A DNA stretch of 63,932 nt, the filler included. It is 9 parts of 9 records of this genome, joined end to end, with 100 filler letters (N's around TTAATTAATTAA, not from the genome) between each part and the next. Parts side by side here need not be neighbours in the genome. Positions count along the whole stretch, not along the records: positions 29,974 to 35,787 come from SRR31147125_32121; positions 35,888 to 46,539 come from SRR31147125_32171; 7 more parts are not named here. One strand, written 5' to 3'. Numbering within the stretch: position 1 is the first letter of the stretch; every line of letters begins with the position of its first letter. The notes under the pieces are model-generated. The model saw only the letters and a list, made by a program, of their open reading frames with translations. It was not told the DNA's origin and did not search any database. Below, one piece after another: positions 30,692 to 41,978 of this stretch. The position numbers and the translations under genes were made by a program.

Positions 30692-32008
30692 TTATTTAGA
30701 ACCCGTTTCTAAGGGAAGAATATTTTCCGCAAAGGGAATGATGTATCCTCGCCCTTTCAGATTTTGAGCATATTGATTCAAATCCGGCTCATTGGTATGT
30801 TGAAATCCCATGGCAAGGGTTTCGTTTCGATCAAAAGATGAGAGCAGGGTCACCCGATACCGATGCAGTATATCCAGTACTCTAAACGCCACATAGGACG
30901 GCATGTCAAAGGTTTTTGTCAGCTGCTTGCCCAACGTTTCCGGATGATCTTTGAATTGCTTCAATGCCGCTCCGAATGCCGGGTTGCCGATACCTTGGGC
31001 CGCCTCGGCAACCAGCAGAATCTCACCGCCCTTTCGAACCACATTGACGGCATTGAAAAGCGCTTTCGTGGCCTGATAGAGCTGCCCGTCCGTGCGGTGA
31101 CCACCGGCTGAGATCAGCGCAAAGTCTCCCGGTTTCGATACGGATACGGCGCAGGCGTCATTGACTTTTTCGCATCCGGTCAGAAAGGTTTCGGTCATGG
31201 GGCCGACGTCTGCATGAAAGAGCTCGCCTGCGCCGTTGGCGGCAACCGCCACATAACAGGATGTTTTGTCTTTCAGGAACATTCGGGCCGCTTCCTCGAT
31301 ATCCTCGTTGACGGGATTGCCTTCCAACCGGGCTTGCGAGACCATGGGATGGGCGCGGCCGTCGGCATCGATGGCCAGGGAGTGGTTTTGTTGAATGGCA
31401 TCGTATCCGGCAATGCCGGGGAGGATGTATTTTCGACCGCCGCCGAATCCGGCCAGCATATGATGAAGAATGCCGCCGAAAACGATGACGTGATCCGCCT
31501 CGCAGGCCTCGCAGGCGACGGTCAGCTCAGTTCCTCTGGACGTCGTTCCCAATGGCACCAAGCGTGGGGTGTCGTCGGTGGCCGAAGCGGAATTGATAAT
31601 TTCGATGTCCGGATGTTGGTCGCAGAATGCCCCGGCCAGTTCGGCAAACCCGGAGGATGGAATGGGTGCATGGGTACCCAGGGCAATCATCACCTTGATC
31701 GCTTCCGGGGAGACGCCCATCTCCAGCACAGTTTTGACAATGGCGGGAACGAATCGATCGCCCCCGGCCCACAGTCTTGTATTGTCCGGGATGATGACGA
31801 TGATCTTTTTCTCTTCAATGGCGGATGGGGCCGTCTTACGAACGCCGCGACGGATGATCTTTTCGATACGATCAAAGGAGAGCGGCGGTATCTCTTTCCC
31901 GAGGATGGTGTCGATGATTTTGTCTTTTTCCACAGAGAGGCTGACGGAGCCGTGCCCTTTTTTCAGCTCAACGGTTGTTTGCGTGCGCGTCATTCGTGGG
32001 CTTGTCAT
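30692..32008 (-). CDS. larA: LarA-superfamily nickel-pincer 2-hydroxyacid racemase/epimerase
   Basis: IPDNTR, ALGTH, HHMLAGFGGGRKYILPGIA, QQNH, LYQATKAL. Start placed at 32008 (ATGA overlap with the glcF stop, GAGGT RBS). Confidence 0.88.
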   Translation of the reverse strand: MTSPRMTRTQTTVELKKGHGSVSLSVEKDKIIDTILGKEIPPLSFDRIEKIIRRGVRKTAPSAIEEKKIIVIIPDNTRLWAGGDRFVPAIVKTVLEMGVSPEAIKVMIALGTHAPIPSSGFAELAGAFCDQHPDIEIINSASATDDTPRLVPLGTTSRGTELTVACEACEADHVIVFGGILHHMLAGFGGGRKYILPGIAGYDAIQQNHSLAIDADGRAHPMVSQARLEGNPVNEDIEEAARMFLKDKTSCYVAVAANGAGELFHADVGPMTETFLTGCEKVNDACAVSVSKPGDFALISAGGHRTDGQLYQATKALFNAVNVVRKGGEILLVAEAAQGIGNPAFGAALKQFKDHPETLGKQLTKTFDMPSYVAFRVLDILHRYRVTLLSSFDRNETLAMGFQHTNEPDLNQYAQNLKGRGYIIPFAENILPLETGSK

Positions 32009-33431
32009 GGAGTCAATACCTCGTGAATGAGCGTGATGGGGTGAATCACGGGAAGGGCATTCGGTGTCATGTTGCCAGACAGGTTGATCCGGCACACCGG
32101 GCAGTCCGTGAGCCAAAGAGCGGCATCGGTTTTGACGGCATTGTCGATTTTACGTTGGACCATCTTTTGAGAGAGATCGGGATATTCGTAAAAGAAGGTG
32201 CCGCCGCCGCCGCAGCATTTGTCGGTGTCAGCGCTCGATTGATATTCCACTGTCGGTAGCGCATTCAAAAGATGTTCTACATGGCCAAATCCGGTGGGAC
32301 TGTTTTTGAGATGACAGGGGGCGTGGTAGGTCACTACGGTTTTCTCGTCATTGGCGCCGTTCATCCTATTCGCCCCATTAGACTCTTTTATCAAATCCTC
32401 CATTTTTCCTTGAATGAACGAGAGTAGATCCACTGTTTTGTCAGCAATCTTTTGTGCGGCCTCATGGAGGGCATGATCATACTCTTTCGGGGAATTTAGT
32501 TTTGATGGTGATAGAAACGCAGGATATTCTTTTTTCAGCGCAGAACCGCAAGTGGCACAGTCTACAAGGATCGCCTCCGGTTCAAGATTGTTTTGTTGCT
32601 GTTGAAGCGCTTGATCCAGCGCTTTGATATTGGTTTCAATATTATGACGGGATTCATCCACCGCACCGTGAAAAAGCATAGGAATCGAGCAGCAGGTCTG
32701 CGCTTTGGGAATAATGACGCGATAGCCCATTTTTTTGAGCAGTTCAACCGTAGAAAAACCGGTGTCGTCAAACAGATAGTTGGTGGCACAGCCGGTAAAG
32801 TAGATCACCGTTCCCACAGTCGACTTTTTTGCCTTGCCGGCCTTTTCACTCTTTCCGGTTTCTTTGGTTATCTTATCTGTTTTAATCTTTTTAATTGATC
32901 CATCCGCTTCAGTTCCTTTAGCCGTTGCTTCCGATTCGATGATCTCGGGAAGTGCCTCCCGAAACGGCGTGGGGTTAAATTGCGGCAGATGATTCAAAGC
33001 AATGTTGCCGATCTTGTATTTTTCCTTGAACTTTTCAGGAAACAGGGGGATTAACTTTTGCCCGGCCTTTGCCATTTTTTCGGCATTTTTCAGACGATAT
33101 TCCTTGGCCAGCAGCCATGTCAGGGCTTTGATGGGCGGTGCCTCGCCATGGGTTTCAGCCATTTTTTTCTCATCTCCATGAACTGGGCATAGTGATTGAC
33201 TCCCGAGGGGCACATGGCTGCACAACTGCCGCACATCAGGCATTTAGAGATGATTTGCTGCATCTGCGGGGATGAGATGAGATCCTGTTCTTCATAGGAT
33301 TTAATGAGTCGGAGTCTGGCCCTTGGCGAGGCGTGCTCCATTTTCAGCTCGTTGTAGACCGGACAAAATGAGAGGCAAAGGCCGCATTTTCCGCAGTTTT
33401 GGATCGATGTCATTTGATCTTCCAATTTCAT
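32005..33431 (-). CDS. glcF: GlcF-like Fe-S oxidoreductase, 2x[4Fe-4S] plus two CCG domains (frameshift at 33162-33168)
   Basis: CGKCGLCLSFCP and CLMCGSCAAMCP; YFTGC...QTCC...CATC; YHAPCH...CCGGGG...DCPVC; GGAGG RBS. Confidence 0.85.
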
Positions 33432-33444
33432 TCCTCCCAGCTGT

Positions 33445-34818
33445 CTAGACAAATTTTCCCGGATTGAGAATGCCGTCGGGATCCACCGCCTGTTTGATTT
33501 TTGCCATGAACTCAATGGAATCCTTGTTCATCACCAGGGGGAGATAATCCGACTTGGCAAGTCCGATGCCGTGTTCGCCGGAAAGGGTGCCGCCCAGATC
33601 GGCAGCGGCCTGAAAAATTTCGTCAAAAGCCTTGATGACCCGTTGCCACTCTTCCTTGTTGCTCCGATCCGCCGGGATGAGGGGATGCATGTTGCCGTCT
33701 CCGGCATGGGCCAGCACACCGACTCTCAAGCCGTATCGATCGGTAATTTCGGTGATGCGGCGGATCATCTTCGGCACTTTGCTCACCGGCACGGTGACAT
33801 CTTCCGACATGATGTCCGGGGCCAATTTGGCAAAAACGCCGTAGATGGCCCGTCTGGCCGTCCAGAGTGCATCCCGATCTTTCTGGGAGGCTGCGGTCTC
33901 CACGGTGAGGGCATCGTTGCCTTCAACAATCTCCACAATTTTGGAGATTTCCTTGTCGCAGGCTTCGGCGACTCCGTCCACTTCGATGAGCAAGGATCCT
34001 TTGGCTGAGCGGTCAAGGCCGATTCCGGCGGCATCTTCAATGGCATTGATGGACATCTGATCCAGCAGCTCCATGGCCGTCGGCAGAATACCGCTGCCGA
34101 TGATGTCGGTTACCGATTGGGCGCACTTTTCCAGATCGCCGAAGGTGACCAGCATGGTCTGAACACTTTCCGGCTTGGGTACCACTCGGAGGGTGATTTC
34201 GGTGATCAGCCCCAGTGTCCCTTCCGATCCGCAAAAGAGGGCGGAGAGTTTATAACCGGTCACATCCTTTACATTTCGGCTGCCGAAACGGATGATTTTG
34301 CCGGAGGCATCCACCACCTCCATTCCCAGCACATAGTCGACGGTCACGCCGTATTTGAGGCATCTGGGGCCGCCGGCGTTCTGGGCCACATTGCCGCCGA
34401 TGGTGGAGATGCTGAGGGATGCCGGGTCGGGCGGATAGAAGAATCCGTGGGGTGCCAGTGCATTTTGAAGGTTCTGATTGATGACACCGGGTTGTACCAC
34501 CACATAGCGATCCCTGGTGTTTACTTCCAGGATGGTGTCCATTTTGGAAAAAGAGAGCACGATTCCGCCTTTGAGGGGAATGGGAGCGCCGCAGACGCTG
34601 GTTCCGCTTCCCCGGCCCGTTACCGGAATTTTTTCAGCCGAAGCGATGGCCATGATTTGAGAGACTGTTTCGGTGGAGAAGGGAAAGATTACGGCTTCGG
34701 GCATGGCTTCTTCAAGGAAGGCGTCGTAGGAATAACAGGTGAGTTCTTCCGGTTGGTCCAGGTAGCCTTCTTTTCCGACGATGGCAATCAGTTTTTCTTT
34801 TATTTCTGGATTCAGCAT
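33445..34818 (-). CDS. glcD: FAD-linked 2-hydroxyacid dehydrogenase (GlcD/D-lactate dehydrogenase family)
   Basis: RGSGTS, FYPPDPAS, STIGGNVAQNAGG, GSEGTLG, HAGDGNMH, SGEHGIG, DPDGILNPGK. Confidence 0.93.
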   Translation of the reverse strand: MLNPEIKEKLIAIVGKEGYLDQPEELTCYSYDAFLEEAMPEAVIFPFSTETVSQIMAIASAEKIPVTGRGSGTSVCGAPIPLKGGIVLSFSKMDTILEVNTRDRYVVVQPGVINQNLQNALAPHGFFYPPDPASLSISTIGGNVAQNAGGPRCLKYGVTVDYVLGMEVVDASGKIIRFGSRNVKDVTGYKLSALFCGSEGTLGLITEITLRVVPKPESVQTMLVTFGDLEKCAQSVTDIIGSGILPTAMELLDQMSINAIEDAAGIGLDRSAKGSLLIEVDGVAEACDKEISKIVEIVEGNDALTVETAASQKDRDALWTARRAIYGVFAKLAPDIMSEDVTVPVSKVPKMIRRITEITDRYGLRVGVLAHAGDGNMHPLIPADRSNKEEWQRVIKAFDEIFQAAADLGGTLSGEHGIGLAKSDYLPLVMNKDSIEFMAKIKQAVDPDGILNPGKFV

Positions 34819-34845
34819 AATGGAGTCTCTTAATTGGGGTAAACT

Positions 34846-35787
34846 TTATCGTAAAAACAAATTAGGTAACAACAAAGATATGGACGGAATGTACGTCACC
34901 AGCATCAGACAGATCAGCATGATGGCCAGGAAGGGCAGCACCCCTCCGGCAATCATGGTGATGGGGCGGCCGGTGATCCCCGACGAAACAAACAGGTTCA
35001 GCCCGAAGGGGGAGTGAGCATCCCCATCTGAATGTTCAGGATCATCACCACCCCGAAGTGCACAAGATCAATATTGTAGCGGTTCAGGGTCTCAAGGAAG
35101 ATGGGGGCCAGAATCAGCATGGCACTGACGTCGTCCATGAAACATCCCAAAATGAGAAACAAAATATTGACGGTGAGCAAAAACATCCACGGGCTGTGGA
35201 TATGGGTGATGATGATATCCGCCAGTTGATGGGGAATCTGTTCGGCGGTGAGCAGCCAGATAAAGGTCATGGCGCAGGAAAGGATGAAAAGCAGACACGC
35301 CGAGAGCACCGCCGCCTCTTCACAGACGTTGGTGACATCCTTGAACCCGAACTCTTTATAGATGAACATCTCCACAAACAGGGCATACACCACGGAGACG
35401 GCAGCCGCCTCGGTGGGGGTGAAAAGGCCGGTGTAGATTCCCCCCAGCACGATGAAGGGAAGCACCAGTGCCCAGATGCCCTCTTTTCCGCGCTGGAGAA
35501 TTAAGCTGAAAGAGGCGTTCTGCTCGATTTTCCAATCATGACGCTTGGCCGTGACATAGGTATAGATCAATAGCCCCAGTGCAATGAGAAGACCCGGCAG
35601 AATCCCGGCCATGAACATCTCCGATACAGAGACGTTCATCACCAGGCAGTAGAGAATCATGGGGATGGAGGGTGGAATCACGATGCCCAGGGAGCCGGAT
35701 ACCGTAATGAGCCCCAAAGAGAATTTTTCAGAATAGCCCGCCTTGATCAGCGCCGGAATCATGATGGAGCCGATGGCCACCACCGTG
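34846..35787 (-). CDS. dctM: TRAP transporter large permease (5' end truncated; frameshift at 35008-35012)
   Basis: GSLGIVIPPSIPMILY, GIYTGLFTPTEAAAV, LVHFGVVM; the corrected frame reads LTPPFGLNLFV to a stop at 34846. Confidence 0.92.
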
Positions 35788-35887
35788 NNNNNNNNNNNNN
35801 NNNNNNNNNNNNNNNNNNNNNNNNNNNNNNNTTAATTAATTAANNNNNNNNNNNNNNNNNNNNNNNNNNNNNNNNNNNNNNNNNNNN
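35788..35887. other. Artificial contig linker
   Basis: N-run/TTAATTAATTAA/N-run. Confidence 0.99.
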
Positions 35888-36123
35888 GCCATAGATCTTG
35901 AAATTTTGCCCCAAGAAGTTCTTCTTTTGGCATAAAGGTTCTATCGGCAATAGTATCGTTCACATAGATATATTTCCATTCTCGAGAGATAATCTGACAG
36001 CCTTCGAGCATATTGTCCATAGTTGACCTACTTAGTTGTTGCGTTGTTTTTATCAAACTCAGCTTTTTCTAAGGCATCAACTTGTTTTTTTAATTCATTA
36101 TATGTGGGCTTTTTTATATCCAC
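35888..36123 (-). CDS. PAS-domain sensor protein, N-terminal fragment (3' end truncated; frameshift near 36065)
   Basis: KKPTYNELKKQVDALE coiled-coil start, then STMDNMLEGCQIISREWKYIYVND (PAS). Confidence 0.65.
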
Positions 36124-36318
36124 TTAAGGTTAAATCTTTATTTTAATTGAAATTTAGGAAAACATACTTGTAATAAATTTAACATTTTATAGTATAATTT
36201 CCTATTCATTATTAGTAACTTATATAACCCCTAATTATTAATTAAGTTGACATTTGTTTATGTCAAAATAAGCTTCTGTTCTTTTTTTGATTTTTTCAGT
36301 TCGTTATCTTTACATGGG

Positions 36319-37393
36319 ATGGAAGAACAGATTCGTAAAATTATACATGTAGATATGGATGCTTTTTTCGCATCTGTGGAACAGCGCGATAATCCGGAGT
36401 TAAAGGGAAAACCTGTTGCCGTGGGTGGTGATCATGAACGAGGAGTAGTTGCGGCAGCAAGCTATGAAGCTCGTAAATATGGTGTTCGTTCGGCAATCTC
36501 ATCCAAATTGGCAAAGCGAAAATGTCCAGATTTAGTTTTTGTTCGTGGTAACTTTAACAAATACAAAGAAGCTAGCCGGATTATCCGCAATATCTTTTTT
36601 GACTATACCGATTTGGTAGAACCACTTTCATTGGATGAAGCTTTTCTTGATGTAACTTTTGCAAAAAAAGGGAAACCTTCAGCAACTCTCATTGCTAAAG
36701 AAATTAAAAAGCGTATTAAAGACGAAACCAATTTAATCGCCTCGGCGGGAGTTTCCTATTGCAAGTTTTTGGCAAAAATTGCTTTCTGATGAAAATAAAC
36801 CGGATGGTTTATTTGTAATTACACCAGAGCAGGCAGAGGTTTTTATCGAAAAACTTGAAGTGAGGAAGTTTTTTGGGATTGGAAAAGTAACTGCAGAGAA
36901 ACTCAATAAGCAAGGTATTTATTATGGTTCAGACTTAAAAAAGTTTGATCAGCATGAGTTGATTCAACAGTTTGGGAAGTCAGGCATTTATTATTATAAC
37001 ATTGTTCGAGGAATTGATAATCGTCCGGTTGTGCCAAGCCGTGAGAGAAAATCGTTAGGAGCTGAACGAACATTCAGTAAAGATTACTTTCTTTTAAGTG
37101 ACTTGAAAATTCAAATGGAAAAGATAGAGGATGAAGTTTGGAAAAGAATTGAAAAATCTCAGTCTTTCGGAAAAACCCTAACGCTAAAGATTAAGTTTTC
37201 TGATTTTGAGCAGATTACCCGCAGTAAAACACTTCCGATATTAATTCAATCCAAATCTGTTTTGAGCGATGCTGCATTTAAACTTTTAGAGGCTGAAGAA
37301 CCTTTTGTAAAGGGAATTAGACTGTTGGGTTTAACAGTCTCAAATTTTAATAAACCTGAAAAAGGACCGGTTCAATTAATTATTGAATTTTGA
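36319..37393 (+). CDS. dinB: DNA polymerase IV (frameshift near 36785)
   Basis: [65 protein letters not shown]. Confidence 0.95.
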
Positions 37394-37464
37394 AAATTGC
37401 TAATAGAAGTATGTTGTTGATTCATTGAAAAAACAATTATCTTCGTGCTTCAAATTCTGAAAGT

Positions 37465-39603
37465 ATGTTTTCATCCGATATTATTAAACTTTTAGCTGGT
37501 AAGCTAGATCTAAATCCAGCTCAAATTGAAAATACCATCAAGCTTTTTGATGAAGGAGCTACTGTTCCATTTATTTCACGTTACCGAAAAGAAATGACGG
37601 GGAGTTTGGATGAAGTTCAGATTGGTGATATTAGAGATGAAAAGAATAAGTTTGAAGAGCTTCTGAAAAGGAAAGAAAGCATACTTAAAACCATTCAAGA
37701 GCAAGATAAATTAACAGATGAACTAAAAAATCGTATTGAAAGCTGCAATGATCCCGTTGAGCTTGAAGATATCTATTTGCCATATAAGCCTAAGCGAAAA
37801 ACAAAAGCTTCAATAGCTCGTGAGAAAGGATTGGAACTGTTGGCAAAAATCATTATGAAACAGCAGGAGCGAGACTTGGAAAGTAGAGTGCATGTTTTTT
37901 TAAATGATGAAGTAGAGAGTTTGGATGATGCCTTTGCGGGTGCTCGTGATATTATTGCTGAATGGGTTAATGAAAACGAAAAAGCCAGAAGTATTGCTCG
38001 AAGATCATTTGACTATGGGGCTCAAATAACCAGTAAGGTAATAAAATCGAAAGAAGAAGAAGGTGAAAAATATCGCGATTATTTTGATTGGAATGAACCG
38101 TTAAAACGTTGTCCTTCACACCGTCTGTTGGCAATGAGAAGAGGTGAGAAAGAAGGATTTTTACGCATCAGTATTTCACCTGATGAGGATGATGTGATTG
38201 AAAGACTTAACCGTTTGTTTGTTCAGTCGTCTAATGAATGTGGCCAGCAGGTTGAGCTTGCTGTAAAAGATAGCTATAAGCGATTACTGTCCTCATCCAT
38301 TGAAACTGAATTTGCAAATTCGTCAAGGTTGAAAGCAGATCAGGAGGCGATTCAGGTTTTTGCCGAAAATTTACGTCAACTTTTATTGGCAGCTCCACTG
38401 GGACAAAAAAGAGTATTGGCAGTTGATCCTGGATACCGTAGTGGATGTAAGGTAGTTTGTTTGGATGAACAAGGAAATTTGCTTCACAATGAAACCATTT
38501 ATCCTCATAAACCTCAAGAACAATTCAAGCAATCTGCTAAAAAGATAGCTTCCCTTGTAGGTGCTTATCAAATTGAAGCAATTGCAATTGGAAATGGAAC
38601 TGCCAGCCGTGAAACAGAATTCTTTATTAAAAAACTACATTACGATCGTGATGTAAAAGTGTTTGTAGTGTCTGAAGATGGAGCGTCAGTTTATTCGGCA
38701 TCAAAAGTAGCAAGGGAAGAGTTTCCACAGTATGATGTAACTGTTCGGGGGGCTGTTTCAATTGGTCGTCGTTTAATGGATCCGCTTGCAGAGTTGGTTA
38801 AGATTGACCCAAAATCGATAGGGGTTGGACAGTATCAGCATGATGTGGATCAAAAACGGTTAAAAGAAAGTTTGGACAATATTGTTGAATTGTCAGTGAA
38901 TACCGTTGGGGTAAATGTAAATACCTCATCAAAACACTTATTAACTTATATCTCTGGCTTAGGACCACAATTAGCTCAGAATTTGGTTGATTATAGAAAA
39001 GAGCATGGGGTATTTTCATCAAGAAAAGAAATTCTAAAAGTTGCCCGAATGGGAGCAAAAGCATTTGAGCAGGCCGCTGGTTTTCTTAGAATTCCAGATG
39101 CCAAAAACCCATTAGATAACTCAGCTGTTCATCCTGAATCTTACTATATTGTTGAGAAGATGGCAAAGGATTTAAACTGTACGATTAATGAAATAATGCA
39201 GTCAGAGGATTTACATTCTAAAATTCAATTGAATAAATATCTGGATGATAATATTGGTTTGCCAACACTTCGAGATATTGTGAAAGAGTTAGCTAAACCC
39301 GGTCGCGATCCCCGAAAAATTATAAAAGTATTTGAATTTGCTTCTGGAATTTACAATATGGAAGATTTAACAATTGGAATGGAACTACCTGGTATTGTCT
39401 CAAATATTACCAAATTTGGTGCTTTTGTTGATGTGGGTATCAAGCAAGATGGATTAGTTCATGTTTCTCAATTGGCAGATCGATACATTAACGACCCAAA
39501 CGAAGTCGTAAAACTACATCAACATGTAAAGGTAAAAGTAGTTGATGTAGATATTCCCAGAAAACGTATTCAGCTTAGCTTAAAAGATGTTTCTCAGGAT
39601 TAA
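37465..39603 (+). CDS. tex: Tex family RNA-binding transcriptional accessory protein
   Basis: GATVPFISRYRKEMTG, DPGYRSGCK, DPKSIGVGQYQHD and C-terminal S1 domain FGAFVDVG..QDGLVHVS. Confidence 0.96.
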   Translation: MFSSDIIKLLAGKLDLNPAQIENTIKLFDEGATVPFISRYRKEMTGSLDEVQIGDIRDEKNKFEELLKRKESILKTIQEQDKLTDELKNRIESCNDPVELEDIYLPYKPKRKTKASIAREKGLELLAKIIMKQQERDLESRVHVFLNDEVESLDDAFAGARDIIAEWVNENEKARSIARRSFDYGAQITSKVIKSKEEEGEKYRDYFDWNEPLKRCPSHRLLAMRRGEKEGFLRISISPDEDDVIERLNRLFVQSSNECGQQVELAVKDSYKRLLSSSIETEFANSSRLKADQEAIQVFAENLRQLLLAAPLGQKRVLAVDPGYRSGCKVVCLDEQGNLLHNETIYPHKPQEQFKQSAKKIASLVGAYQIEAIAIGNGTASRETEFFIKKLHYDRDVKVFVVSEDGASVYSASKVAREEFPQYDVTVRGAVSIGRRLMDPLAELVKIDPKSIGVGQYQHDVDQKRLKESLDNIVELSVNTVGVNVNTSSKHLLTYISGLGPQLAQNLVDYRKEHGVFSSRKEILKVARMGAKAFEQAAGFLRIPDAKNPLDNSAVHPESYYIVEKMAKDLNCTINEIMQSEDLHSKIQLNKYLDDNIGLPTLRDIVKELAKPGRDPRKIIKVFEFASGIYNMEDLTIGMELPGIVSNITKFGAFVDVGIKQDGLVHVSQLADRYINDPNEVVKLHQHVKVKVVDVDIPRKRIQLSLKDVSQD

Positions 39604-39794
39604 TCTTCTTCAGGTAAAACAACCCAAAGAATTAAGTATACCAATAGCCCTGGAAAGCCAATGCTTGCTATTGAAAGCACTACATATATAACCCGAATTA
39701 AACCCGGGTCTATATTGAAGTAGTTAGCAAAACCAGCCAGAACTCCGGCTAGTATTTTGTTTTTTGATCGCTTTATGCGTTTCTTTTCAGACAT
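39600..39794 (-). CDS. pspC: PspC domain protein
   Basis: RSKNKILAGVLAGFANYFNIDPGLIRV...YLILWVVLPEE. Confidence 0.9.
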   Translation of the reverse strand: MSEKKRIKRSKNKILAGVLAGFANYFNIDPGLIRVIYVVLSIASIGFPGLLVYLILWVVLPEED

Positions 39795-39805
39795 CGTTTT
39801 ATTGT

Positions 39806-40060
39806 TTATTCGTCCTCATCGTCATCAAAAAGGTTTTCCTGACTTTCAAGTTCATTTTCGAGAAACTCTTCAGCTTCTTCGAGTAATTGCTTGATGATGT
39901 CTTCCGAAGAAGGTGTTTCGCTCAACCAGAAAACTTCCTGATCTGACCAAAAATCTTCAACTTCACTTTTTACAATGAACTTGGGTTCTTGAGTGTGAAC
40001 TACATAAAGTAAATCAGGAGTTTCCTGAGAATTGTCGGCAATTAAGAATTTTGGTAGCAT
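39806..40060 (-). CDS. Small acidic hypothetical protein
   Basis: 84-aa ORF ending 11 nt before pspC; acidic C-terminus; TAAATTTG promoter box upstream. Confidence 0.75.
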   Translation of the reverse strand: MLPKFLIADNSQETPDLLYVVHTQEPKFIVKSEVEDFWSDQEVFWLSETPSSEDIIKQLLEEAEEFLENELESQENLFDDDEDE

Positions 40061-40085
40061 AAAAGGTATGTTTAATTGTTTAAAA

Positions 40086-40093
40086 CAAATTTA
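40086..40093 (-). promoter_or_regulatory. Bacteroidota -7 promoter box (TAnnTTTG)
   Basis: TAAATTTG on the minus strand about 25 nt upstream of the ATG at 40060. Confidence 0.45.
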
Positions 40094-40273
40094 TGCAAAA
40101 AACAGATTAGGTTCATGTCTATTCTAACAATTTTTTTGAGAAAGATATTACAGCTTTTTACTGTCTGTTTTTAAATCAAATTTAGATTTTACTTAAAAAA
40201 TAATTTAAATCGATGAATAATTTTAACATCATGAATGGATGTGTTATTTTAGGCTTATAAACAAACAGCAAGT

Positions 40274-41952
40274 ATGAATCATTTAAATGAGGTTTTATCG
40301 TTAATTGACGGATTTATTGGTGGAAGCGATTGGTTCGTTTTTTACTTTTAGGTACAGGGTTGTTTTTTACTTTTTACCTTAAATTTCCGCAGTTCCGTTA
40401 TTTAAAACACTCTGTAAGGATCGTTCGTGGAAAGTTTGATAAGGAAGGTGACGTAGGAGATACATCTCATTTTCAGGCGTTGACTACAGCACTCTCTGGA
40501 ACCGTTGGAACAGGGAATATTGCAGGGGTTGCATTGGCTATTCACTTGGGAGGACCTGCCGCATTATTTTGGATGTTAGTTACTGCATTATTGGGCATGA
40601 CTACCAAGTTTGTTGAAGTAACACTTTCTCATAAGTACCGTGAAAAAGCTGAAGATGGATCTATTGCTGGTGGTCCCATGTATTACATGAAAAATAGATT
40701 GAAACTTAGGTGGCTTGCAGCTATTTTTGCAATCGCAACTATATTTTCTTCTTTTGGAACAGGTAGCCTTCCCCAAATAAATTCAATAGCCGATTCTGTT
40801 TTTTCAACATTTGGTATAAATAAAGTATTAACAGGTGCTGTTCTTGCAGCTTTGCTTGCTTTTGTAATTATTGGGGGCATTAAGCGAATTGCAAAAGTAA
40901 CATCTCGTTTGGTTCCAATAATGGCATTTATTTATCTGCTTGGTGCATTTGCCGTAATCTTCTATAACTATGAAAATATAATACCTTCTTTTATTGCTGT
41001 TTTTAAAGATGTATTTACAGGAACAGCCGCTACTGGTGGATTTTTGGGTGCAGGGTTTGCCTACGCTTTTAATCGTGGGGTAAACCGTGGGTTGTTTTCT
41101 AATGAAGCAGGGCAGGGGTCGGCACCAATTGCGCATGCTGCAGCCAGGGCTCACGAACCTGTTTCTGAAGGTTTGGTGGCATTGCTCGAACCATTTATCG
41201 ATACCATAATTATTTGTACGATTACAGGTCTTGTTATTTTATCATCAGGCGTATGGTCTGAAAAACTGGAGAACCAATTTGAATATGCCGATTTAAAAAT
41301 ATTAAATGAAACTGTTACCGATAAAACCGATGAAGGTCGAGACCAGTTGAATCGATTTCTGTCTGGTGATGATAAGCTGGAGTTGTTTACTGGAGAATTA
41401 TTAGTTGAAGATGGAAAAATTATCAACCAGCCAACCATCCTGCATGCCAGGTCAGTAGCTGAAAATGTTCAGGTTATTAACAATGGTGAAAAATATTCGG
41501 GGAAACTTAAAGTTGAAAATGGACGTATTAAGAATTCGGATAAGTTTCAGTTACAAGGGAAATCACTAATTCATAGTGCTCCGTTGACTACTGAAGCATT
41601 CACGAAAAGCTGGCTGGGACCTTATGGAAGGTATATTGTTGCAATTGGATTGCTTCTTTTTGCATTTTCTACTGCTATTTCGTGGTCTTATTATGGTGAC
41701 CGGGCAGTAACTTATTTGTTTGGAATAAAAGCAGTTGTTTATTACAGGATTGTCTACGTTTTTGGCTTCTTTGTTGCTGCTTTTGCTGATACTACAATAA
41801 TTTGGACTTTTTCAGGAATTACTATAGCTTTGATGACGATTCCAAATTTAATTGGAATATTATTATTGCGAAAAGAAATGAAAACGGAAGTGAAGGGATT
41901 TTGGAGGGAGTATGCAGAACGTTTTCCTAATGAGAAAGTGCCTAAGAACTGA
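40274..41952 (+). CDS. Alanine/glycine:cation symporter, AgcS family (frameshift near 40340)
   Basis: [56 protein letters not shown] at 40274 joins the frame after adding one T. Confidence 0.93.
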
Positions 41953-41978
41953 TACTTTTGATTATATAACTCTCTTTT

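Noticed and set aside
32009-32116. 36-aa N-terminal extension of LarA in the ORF track
   Set aside because: It overlaps the glcF C-terminus. The ATG at 32008 has an RBS and an ATGA coupling.
31214-34833. Long plus-strand ORFs (270 aa at 31214 and 238 aa at 34117)
   Set aside because: They are antisense shadows of GC-rich larA and glcD with no recognisable motifs.
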